A stretch of 64,000 bases of DNA from Nitrospinota bacterium (GTDB lineage Bacteria; Nitrospinota; Nitrospinia; Nitrospinales; VA-1). A program made the position numbers and the translations under genes. The notes beneath the pieces were generated by a model. That model was given only the letters and a program-made list of their open reading frames with translations. It had not been told where the DNA came from and made no database searches. The DNA lies in NCBI GenBank assembly GCA_014382285.1, contig JACNKA010000116.1, forward strand, positions 1,395 to 65,394, given 5' to 3'. Within the stretch, counting starts at the first letter, position 1, and each line of letters begins with the position of its first letter. Below, piece after piece: positions 7,273-14,736 of this stretch.

Positions 7273-9210
7273 ATGAAAAATAATTCACTAAGAGTACTCG
7301 TTGTTGATGATGACGAAGACGATATTTTTCTAGTCAAAGAGATGTTGAAGGAAGGGTTTCCGGAGTCTGAATTGATTTTGGACTATGCAATGAAAAGTGA
7401 AGATGCAATCACCCTCATAGATAACTGTGAACACGATATTTTTATTCTGGATCTTCAATTAGGAAAAGCGGATGGCCTCTCAATACAGAAACATTTAAAT
7501 GAACGGAATGTTGCTACTCCGGTAATATTTCTGACTTCACACGGAAATCAGGAGAAGGCGGTTGAAGTGATGAAGGCAGGGGCGACGGATTATATAATGA
7601 AGTCAAGGCTTACTGTTGAGGTCCTGTCCGGTTCCATACGATCCGCGTTAAAGATTCAAAAGGAGAAAATACAAAGGGGAATAGCCGAGCAGTCGCTTAA
7701 GGTTCAAGGTGAACTTTTGCAGGGAGTCTCAAGGGCAACCCATAAATTATTGACGGTTCCGGATTTCCATTCTGCAATCAGCCAGGCTCTGGAGGAGTTG
7801 GGGAAAGCTGCAAATGTTGACGCGGCCTTTATTTTTAATCACTCTCCTGACTCTGAAAAAAAACCTATGTGCAGCCTTGCGTTTACCTGGGTCGATAAAA
7901 AAGATTTCAGGGGTATTAACCCAAGGGTTGAGAACTTGAGTTATGCGGAATTGGGAATAGAAGAAGTTTTGCCACCTCTGATCAAGAAACAATCTGTTAT
8001 AACCCGTGAAATGCAGGGGTCCAACTTCCCAGGAGAAATATTCAAACATTTAAATATAAGATCTTTGTTTTTAATTCCACTGGAAATAAGTTCTAACTAT
8101 TGGGGTTTTGTGGCGTTGGGGTGCAAAAATGTCGACCGCCTTTGGCTGGAATATGAGAAGTCTATTTTAGAAGCCGTTGTTGCCAGTATTGGTGGGGAAA
8201 TTAAACGCCAGATTGAGGAAGAAGCTTTTAGGGATATTGTTGAAGGAACATCCTCACGGGTTGGCGATGAGTTTTTTCGATCCTTGGTTCGACATTTAGC
8301 AAAAGCGCTTCCCGTAAAATATGCTTCTGTCAATGAAACCGTTGATATTAAGGAGTTTCAGTGCTCGACTCTCGCGGGATGGGGAGGCAATGATTTTGTT
8401 GAAAGAAAAATCTTTAATGCATTAGATACTCCTGGGGAAGAAGTTCTGGCGGGAATGCTGGCATTTCATCCAAGAGATATTGTAACTGCTTACCCAAAAT
8501 TTCATACTATGCTGGACTCGAAAATTGTCAGCTATGCGGGGGTACCCTGTTTTGACGCGCAATTTAAAATTTTAGGGTATTTGTCAGTCATGGATGACAA
8601 ACCCATGCTCGATAAAAAAAGGACTCTTTCCATCCTCAAAATATTCGCGGCACGGGCCGGGGCGGAATTGGAAAGAAAACGGACTGAAAGTGCCATGAGG
8701 GACATGGCTTATCACCATGCCCTGACAGGATTGCCCAACAGAATTCTATTGCATGATAGATTAGAAATGGCATTGCTCCAGGCCCAACGAAATAATGGTC
8801 TCGTGGGTTTGCTATATATAGATTTTGACCGCTTTAAACAAATCAATGACACCCTGGGGCACGATGTTGGAGACAAACTTTTGCAGGAGGTGGGAAACAG
8901 GTTGAAGAAATGTTTGCGACAACAGGATACTGTAGCTCGCTTGGGTGGAGATGAGTTCATTCTTCTTTTTCCGGAAATTTCCAACCATGAAGATGCTGGT
9001 ACTCTGGCTCAAAAATTATTGGATACGGTTCGTCCCCCTGTTATTATTGGTGAGCACGAACTTAATATAACGCTGAGCATAGGTATTGGTTTGTATCCCG
9101 ATGATGCAACAGATTTGAAGAGACTGATAAAGTGTGCTGATGAAGCTCTTTATTTGGCAAAAAATAATGGCAGAGACTGCTACCAATACTATAAATCAGC
9201 GCTTAAATAA
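7273..9210 (+). CDS. Response-regulator receiver - GAF - GAF - GGDEF diguanylate cyclase
   Basis: 645 aa. The REC domain shows 'VLVVDDDEDD', 'ILDLQLGKADG' and 'K' (MKS). Two GAF-like regions follow. The C-terminal GGDEF domain has an intact 'GGDEF' (8944-8958) and a canonical I-site 'RQQD' (8917-8928) five residues upstream. Confidence 0.9.
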   Translation: MKNNSLRVLVVDDDEDDIFLVKEMLKEGFPESELILDYAMKSEDAITLIDNCEHDIFILDLQLGKADGLSIQKHLNERNVATPVIFLTSHGNQEKAVEVMKAGATDYIMKSRLTVEVLSGSIRSALKIQKEKIQRGIAEQSLKVQGELLQGVSRATHKLLTVPDFHSAISQALEELGKAANVDAAFIFNHSPDSEKKPMCSLAFTWVDKKDFRGINPRVENLSYAELGIEEVLPPLIKKQSVITREMQGSNFPGEIFKHLNIRSLFLIPLEISSNYWGFVALGCKNVDRLWLEYEKSILEAVVASIGGEIKRQIEEEAFRDIVEGTSSRVGDEFFRSLVRHLAKALPVKYASVNETVDIKEFQCSTLAGWGGNDFVERKIFNALDTPGEEVLAGMLAFHPRDIVTAYPKFHTMLDSKIVSYAGVPCFDAQFKILGYLSVMDDKPMLDKKRTLSILKIFAARAGAELERKRTESAMRDMAYHHALTGLPNRILLHDRLEMALLQAQRNNGLVGLLYIDFDRFKQINDTLGHDVGDKLLQEVGNRLKKCLRQQDTVARLGGDEFILLFPEISNHEDAGTLAQKLLDTVRPPVIIGEHELNITLSIGIGLYPDDATDLKRLIKCADEALYLAKNNGRDCYQYYKSALK

Positions 9211-9243
9211 ATCGCTTTTGATCGACTTTCCCTGTCGGGGAGT

Positions 9244-9906
9244 TTGAGACGTAACGAGTTGAAGATTATTTCCCTTAATATTGCATCTCCCGCCCGTGTT
9301 TCCCTCGATGGAGGCCCCAAAAAAATCAGGTCAGGAATTTTTAAAGAGCCTGTTTCCCAACCTGTTTTTCTGGATTATCCGGGGTTTGAGAAGGACGGTG
9401 TTGGCGACACCCGAATCCATGGTGGGGAAGACAAGGCCGTATGTGTCTACTGCGCTGATCATTTTCCTTATTGGGCTGATAAGTTTCAGCGCAAAATCTT
9501 ACCGGGTTCTTTTGGAGAAAACCTGAGTGTGTCGGGTATGTCTGAAGAAACTATTAATATTGGTGATATTTTTGAGATGGGATCGGCTCAGGTTGAAGTC
9601 TCACAACCTCGCCAACCTTGTCATAAGCTGAATAAAGTGTTTAATGATCAGAGTATGGCGTGCAGTGTTCAAAAAACCGGTTTTAGTGGATATTATCTCC
9701 GGGTTCTTAGGTCGGGTTTGGTGGAACCTGAGGCACTCATAAAAAGAATTCATGAAGGCCGGTTCCCCATTGAAAAGGCCAATGCGCTTTTGCGTAAGGG
9801 TGGAACAAATATTCAACACATGCAGGAATTGATTTCTCTTCCGGCTTTGGCAGATGACTGGAAAGGAATGCTTCAAAAACGTTTGGATAGATATAAATCG
9901 CAATAA
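9244..9906 (+). CDS. MOSC domain-containing protein (YiiM-like)
   Basis: 220 aa. 'GDTRIHGGEDKAV', 'PGSFGENLSVSG' and 'VSQPRQPCHKLN' (the conserved MOSC Cys) are present. The start codon is TTG. Confidence 0.8.
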   Translation: MRRNELKIISLNIASPARVSLDGGPKKIRSGIFKEPVSQPVFLDYPGFEKDGVGDTRIHGGEDKAVCVYCADHFPYWADKFQRKILPGSFGENLSVSGMSEETINIGDIFEMGSAQVEVSQPRQPCHKLNKVFNDQSMACSVQKTGFSGYYLRVLRSGLVEPEALIKRIHEGRFPIEKANALLRKGGTNIQHMQELISLPALADDWKGMLQKRLDRYKSQ

Positions 9907-9952
9907 AAAAACATCAGTGGTGCCAGTTTATAGAAGTCCTAAAGGATGGTTT

Positions 9953-10543
9953 ATGAAAAACAATTATTCGAGCAGAATGGGGTTGCCTGACTGGGTAAGA
10001 TTTTTTATGGAATTTATTGTTCCTGATGATTTGAGTGAAGAGGTTACTGAATCTTTTTTACGCCATCTTGCCGACCTTGAGGTCTTGGTTCCAGTTGATG
10101 AAGATATTTGGCAATGGGGTGTTTGCAATTCCATGGTTGATTCGACAAGCCTGATTGCAATGGTTCAAGCCGATCTTGAATTGTTAAATGATGCTGAGTC
10201 CGGGTTTGCTCTGTCCTATTTTATTGGTTTTAAAGACTTGAATAAAAGGTCGATTTTCAATAAAACGGATAGTACTGATTCTGAAAATATTAACCAAAAA
10301 AGTAGTGAGCTTGTTCCTGAGGGCAAGCCCGCTTCAGACTTTAGCAATCTTCAAATTGTGAAAAAGGTCGGTAAACAATTACAACCATTTTTGCAGATGG
10401 AAGAGGCTGTTATCTCCAGGCTTGTTGCTAAATATGTTGGCAAGCAGGATGCCCAAAGACTATTTCATTATATGTTTGGAAAAGTGGGTTCGAAAGCCGA
10501 GCCGAGAGTTTGGGAACAATTGAGTCGTAAAAGGCACCGTTAA
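9953..10543 (+). CDS. Hypothetical protein
   Basis: The track ORF starts at 9854, inside the MOSC gene. The ATG at 9953 is preceded by AAAGGA and avoids the overlap. I recognise no domain. Confidence 0.5.
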   Translation: MKNNYSSRMGLPDWVRFFMEFIVPDDLSEEVTESFLRHLADLEVLVPVDEDIWQWGVCNSMVDSTSLIAMVQADLELLNDAESGFALSYFIGFKDLNKRSIFNKTDSTDSENINQKSSELVPEGKPASDFSNLQIVKKVGKQLQPFLQMEEAVISRLVAKYVGKQDAQRLFHYMFGKVGSKAEPRVWEQLSRKRHR

Positions 10544-10550
10544 ATAATTT

Positions 10551-11951
10551 ATGCTTATGAATAAAAAAAGAGTGATCATTCTCGGTGCTGGCCCTGGTGG
10601 GTATGCGGCTGCTTTTCTTGCTGCCGACCGAGGAATGAACGTTACCCTGATTGATGAAAACCCCAAGCCAGGTGGTGTGTGTCTGCATCGAGGTTGTATT
10701 CCATCGAAATCGCTGCTTCACCTTTCACGATTGATAGAGGAAGCTCGGAATGCCGAGGTCTGTGGTGTTAAATTTTCGGCTCCTGAAATTAATTTGAATC
10801 GGATCAGAGAGTGGAAAAGTGAAGTCGTTAATAAAATGGCCAATGGCCTGATCTCTCTTTGCAAGCAGCGTGGGGTTGAGTTTTTAAATGGGAGGGCACG
10901 GTTTCTTGATGGAAACAATCTTGTCATCAACGATAGTGATAGGATGAGTTTTGATCATTGTATTCTGGCAACAGGTTCTCAGCCGGTTTGCCCCCCCTTA
11001 TTTTCCGCAATCGGCGACCGGTCTCTAACCTCGACCTCAGCACTGGAATTGGAAGACATCCCGGAACGTTTATTGGTGGTCGGTGGTGGATATATTGGTT
11101 TGGAACTGGGCACGGTGTATTCCTCGCTGGGCAGCCAGGTGACGGTGGTGGAAATGACCGGTGATATATTGACAGGCGTCGATCGTGACCTGGTCCGGCC
11201 TTTGTTTTCCCGGCTTAAATCTCAATTCCAGAATATTTATTTGAATACTCAGGTTGTTTCCTGTGCGGTACAAGATGATCAGGTCACGGTCCAATTTAAT
11301 GGAGATGTGGTTACCGCTGTTTATGATCGGGTTTTAATAGCTGTAGGTAGAAAACCCAATACGATGGATATTGGTCTGGAGTCTACCGGGATTAAGACAA
11401 ATGATAAGGGCTTTATTCAAGTAGACGAACGTTTTCAAACTGGTGAGCCCTCCATCTATGCTATTGGCGATGTGATTGGCGGAGCCATGTTGGCGCACAA
11501 AGCATCTACAGAAGGAAAAGAAGTCGTCGAGTTTCTATCCGATGAGGGTTTCAGTCGAAAAGTGCGTAGTGTCCCTGCGGTAATTTTCACCGATCCAGAA
11601 ATAGCCTGGTGTGGCTTGACCGAAACTGAAGCCGAAAATAATAATAGAAAGGTTCAAGTCGCTAAATTCCCTTGGGGGGCGTCAGGAAGAGCCCAGACTC
11701 TTGGTAGACCGGATGGCGTGACTAAACTGATTCTTGACCCCGGCACAGAACAGGTTTTGGGGATGGGGATTACAGGGGTTGGCGCTGGTGAATTAATCGG
11801 GGAAGGTGTTCTGGCTGTCGACAGTGGTTTGAAAGCAAAAGACTTGGCGCATTCCATTCACCCACATCCAACGCTTTCTGAAACAATAATGGAAAGCGCA
11901 GAAGCATTTTATGGAGAGGCCACCCATATCTATAAAAGACCTAGGAAATAA
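10551..11951 (+). CDS. lpdA: Dihydrolipoyl dehydrogenase (E3)
   Basis: 466 aa. It has the FAD motif 'GAGPGGY', the redox disulfide 'GGVCLHRGCIPSK', the NAD motif 'GGGYIGLE' and the C-terminal 'HPHPTLSE'. Confidence 0.9.
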   Translation: MLMNKKRVIILGAGPGGYAAAFLAADRGMNVTLIDENPKPGGVCLHRGCIPSKSLLHLSRLIEEARNAEVCGVKFSAPEINLNRIREWKSEVVNKMANGLISLCKQRGVEFLNGRARFLDGNNLVINDSDRMSFDHCILATGSQPVCPPLFSAIGDRSLTSTSALELEDIPERLLVVGGGYIGLELGTVYSSLGSQVTVVEMTGDILTGVDRDLVRPLFSRLKSQFQNIYLNTQVVSCAVQDDQVTVQFNGDVVTAVYDRVLIAVGRKPNTMDIGLESTGIKTNDKGFIQVDERFQTGEPSIYAIGDVIGGAMLAHKASTEGKEVVEFLSDEGFSRKVRSVPAVIFTDPEIAWCGLTETEAENNNRKVQVAKFPWGASGRAQTLGRPDGVTKLILDPGTEQVLGMGITGVGAGELIGEGVLAVDSGLKAKDLAHSIHPHPTLSETIMESAEAFYGEATHIYKRPRK

Positions 11952-12297
11952 CCACCGACTTTAAATATCTATGACATCATCGTCGCTCTTGATATTTCGG
12001 GGTGAAGAGTAAGGACGGGTTTGGAAATCAGCAGGGGGATGTGGGATGGAACCAGGCCTGTTTTTTTTCTGGAACAGGTTGGTGGTGAATAAAACCAAAC
12101 CAACCATCAAGGCGATTAAAAATATGCCGAACGCAAAAAGGATAAAAGGGCCAATGTCAGAATGATCCAGAAAACCAAGGCCAACTTGGTCGTGAAGGGT
12201 ATTTTCTGGTTGTGGCCGAGTTGTTGAAAAAAAAACATTTTATTAAATAATTGTAAGCACTATTTAAATTTTAGCTGCCAGTTTGTTAAGATGAATT

Positions 12298-12513
12298 ATG
12301 ACTGATCCCGATTTAGCCATCATACCTTGTCCGCAATGCGGAGTCAAAAACAGGATTCGAAATTGCGACCCCGATAAAATACCGGTTTGCGCTCGTTGCC
12401 GGACAAAATTGATGGATGAAAGCGAACATGAGGCTTTTCGAAAATTTCAGGATAACCTCACCCAGTTTAAAGATTTTCCGGATATTGGGCTTCGATCTAA
12501 TCCCCCCAAATAA
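12298..12513 (+). CDS. Zinc-ribbon protein resembling the N-terminal zinc finger of thioredoxin-2, with no thioredoxin fold
   Basis: 71 aa. 'CPQCGVKNRI..(13)..CARC' forms a CxxC...CxxC ribbon. It sits directly upstream of bolA. Confidence 0.55.
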   Translation: MTDPDLAIIPCPQCGVKNRIRNCDPDKIPVCARCRTKLMDESEHEAFRKFQDNLTQFKDFPDIGLRSNPPK

Positions 12514-12546
12514 TATTTAACAATATAAAAAAGACCTTTAAATCAT

Positions 12547-12831
12547 ATGGATACTACTGAAATCATCAATGTTAACTTAAAAGATAAACTCTCTGCAGAA
12601 TATGTGGAGATTCTGGATGAAAGTCACAAACATCGCGGACATAAAGCCGCCGGAGGAGGGGGGCATTATTCCATCATTGTCGTGTCGCCGCAGTTTGAAA
12701 ACCTCAATGTCATGGACAGAGTGAGACTGGTCCACAAAGCCTTGGATCAGGAAATGACCGGCACTCCAAAGCTTATCCACGCGTTGCAGGTCAAGACTTT
12801 TGATACTGCTCAGTGGAATGAAAAGGGTTGA
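12547..12831 (+). CDS. bolA: BolA family protein
   Basis: 94 aa. 'DESHKHRGHK', 'SPQFENLNVMDRVRLV' and 'IHALQVKTF' match the BolA pattern. Confidence 0.8.
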   Translation: MDTTEIINVNLKDKLSAEYVEILDESHKHRGHKAAGGGGHYSIIVVSPQFENLNVMDRVRLVHKALDQEMTGTPKLIHALQVKTFDTAQWNEKG

Positions 12832-12844
12832 AACTGTTTTTCAT

Positions 12845-13336
12845 TTAATCCCGATAAACTTCAAGCTCTTCACAGTTTTTCAGGTTCTCTGATTCGGTGA
12901 GAGCTTTATAACCGATCTCGCTATACTGGTTTTTATAGAGATCCAGTTTGATGTATTGCTTGCTGGTAGGAGAATTGGCAAAAGCCTGCGCCCCTATATC
13001 CCCCACCACATTGCCAAACATGGTGAGCTCCCTCAATTTTGGTAAATTCTTTGAGTTTGCCAGGGCGACGGCACCGTCATCCCCAATATCATTGTGGTTG
13101 ATGTTGAGAACCTCAAGGTTTCCCAGATATGGAGAGTCGGCAAGGGCCTCCAGGCCTTCATCGGCAATCTGGTTTCCTGGAACAATCAGTTGCTTCACGG
13201 TTTTTAATTGTTCTTTAGTTGCAAGCTCCATGCATCCACGGATTCCTATGTATTTATCGCGAAGATGAAGGATGGTTCCATCCTCCAGCAGGTTATCTTT
13301 TATAAAATCATCAATTTTACTCATTGCAATCTCCAA
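12845..13336 (-). CDS. Leucine-rich repeat protein (ribonuclease-inhibitor/RNI-like LRR)
   Basis: 163 aa. It has repeated ~28-residue units such as 'L..L.L..N.IGDDGA.ALA' (e.g. LEVLNINHNDIGDDGAVALANSKNLPKLRELTMFGNVVGDIGAQAFA). Confidence 0.75.
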   Translation of the reverse strand: MEIAMSKIDDFIKDNLLEDGTILHLRDKYIGIRGCMELATKEQLKTVKQLIVPGNQIADEGLEALADSPYLGNLEVLNINHNDIGDDGAVALANSKNLPKLRELTMFGNVVGDIGAQAFANSPTSKQYIKLDLYKNQYSEIGYKALTESENLKNCEELEVYRD

Positions 13337-13397
13337 AGAGGGACAAACTTAACAGTGCCACCATTCTAGCAAACCCGTACTGGTTTTGTCGATCAGG

Positions 13398-13435
13398 CAA
13401 AAATAAAGCCGACCCCGTTAAACGGGATCGGCTTT
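13398..13435 (-). terminator. Rho-independent terminator of the bd-like/cytochrome c operon
   Basis: AAAGCCGACCCCG(13405-13417) pairs with CGGGATCGGCTTT(13423-13435): 12 bp, one mismatch, 5-nt loop. On the minus strand it is followed by ATTTTTG. It lies 19 nt after the cytochrome c stop. Confidence 0.75.
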
Positions 13436-13453
13436 ATGAATTTTAAAATTATT

Positions 13454-14713
13454 TTAGAGCAAGGGATCGAGGAACATCTCTTTGGTTGTCCAGCTCTCTA
13501 TCTCTTCTTTGGTGGGGATGGGTGGTACAGGCCGTTTGGCTGTGCGTTTATCCAGAGGATCATGGAAGGTTCGGGCATAGGCCTCAGCCTTCCAAAGATA
13601 AAGATGCTCAAAAATCATTCCCCAAGGCGCCATAGGCGTGTTGGGAACACCACGGGTAACACGGCGGTACCACAGATCATCCGGCCAGTCTTTTAACAGT
13701 TTGTCGGTATGATCACCTTCAATTTTATCAGTGTCTTTGTTATTTTCATCTCTAAAATCAAGTGCTCCAGTCATCATAGGAGTGCCATCCTTGCCATGAC
13801 AGACTGCGCAACTGAGTCCTTCAGTCGCAGGGTGTACACCTTCAAACACCTGTTTACCTTCGGCAAGGACGTCTTTATCGTCCCACCAAGTCCATTGATT
13901 GGGGAATTTTCCTTCAACCGGCATATGGGTCGGGTCTCGCAGGGTCTTTAAATAAGACACCAGGGCATGCAATTCGTCTTCACTCAAGTCATCGCCATAA
14001 TAAGTTGGCATGGCTTTTTTGGATTTTGGATCCTCAAAACCCGGAGCTTGATTTGCTCGAGGGTCGAGGATCTGACCTTTAATATAATCCTCGGAGTAAA
14101 GGCCAATTTGTTTGCTACCCAAGTTGGGGCCACGGTCTGAATTGCCTTCCCAGAACACTTTATGACAGTTGAAACATTTGTTGTTCTCGAACACTTCGCG
14201 TCCAGCGGCGATGACTTCAGGCCCCGCCAACCCGGTCAACACAATAGGAGGCCTGTTAAGCTTGGCAAGTTCAAGTTCGGGGTCAAACTGCGGCAGTTGT
14301 GCGGTCACGCCAATAAATATGCCGGAGGCGAGGGCGTAGGTAGCAAGAAGACGCTTGACCGAGTCAAAATTAGATTTTTCCAGTTTGAGGGTTTTCCAGT
14401 CAAGAAGCGCGAAGAAAAAGAAACCCACAAAAACGAAAGATACAAATTCTATTTGCCACCAGACAGGAAAGTTAAACTTGCCAGCCAGAACCCAAACACC
14501 CCCAGCTATAACGATGGTGACTGGGAGCTTGAAGCGAATATTCTGGAAAAGAGTTTTTTCTTGTGTCTTTTTGGATTTGATTTTGAGGAGGAGGGCATAT
14601 GTAATCATCACCGCCAACCCGGCACCTGCCCCTAAAGCTCCAAAAGTGCTGAAAAGTGCGTACAGACCACTTAACGCGGCAATTAAGCCAACAATGATAA
14701 AATCAATTTTCAT
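13454..14713 (-). CDS. Membrane-anchored (4 TM) diheme c-type cytochrome
   Basis: 419 aa. Four N-terminal hydrophobic helices are followed by two heme-c motifs, CFNCH (res 180-184) and CAVCH (res 302-306). Candidate distal Met residues are present (KKAMPTY, TPMAPWG). It starts 23 nt after the bd-like gene stop. Confidence 0.85.
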   Translation of the reverse strand: MKIDFIIVGLIAALSGLYALFSTFGALGAGAGLAVMITYALLLKIKSKKTQEKTLFQNIRFKLPVTIVIAGGVWVLAGKFNFPVWWQIEFVSFVFVGFFFFALLDWKTLKLEKSNFDSVKRLLATYALASGIFIGVTAQLPQFDPELELAKLNRPPIVLTGLAGPEVIAAGREVFENNKCFNCHKVFWEGNSDRGPNLGSKQIGLYSEDYIKGQILDPRANQAPGFEDPKSKKAMPTYYGDDLSEDELHALVSYLKTLRDPTHMPVEGKFPNQWTWWDDKDVLAEGKQVFEGVHPATEGLSCAVCHGKDGTPMMTGALDFRDENNKDTDKIEGDHTDKLLKDWPDDLWYRRVTRGVPNTPMAPWGMIFEHLYLWKAEAYARTFHDPLDKRTAKRPVPPIPTKEEIESWTTKEMFLDPLL

Positions 14714-14736
14714 TAACCGTTTGCTCCTGAAAAATC

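Noticed and set aside
12116-12238. 40-aa minus-strand ORF (MFFFQQLGHNQKIPFTTKLALVFWIILTLALLSFLRSAYF) in the lpdA-downstream gap. A second frame encodes a TM segment.
   Set aside because: It is too short and has no SD-like sequence or homology. The alternative frame lacks any plausible start codon upstream of its TM helix.
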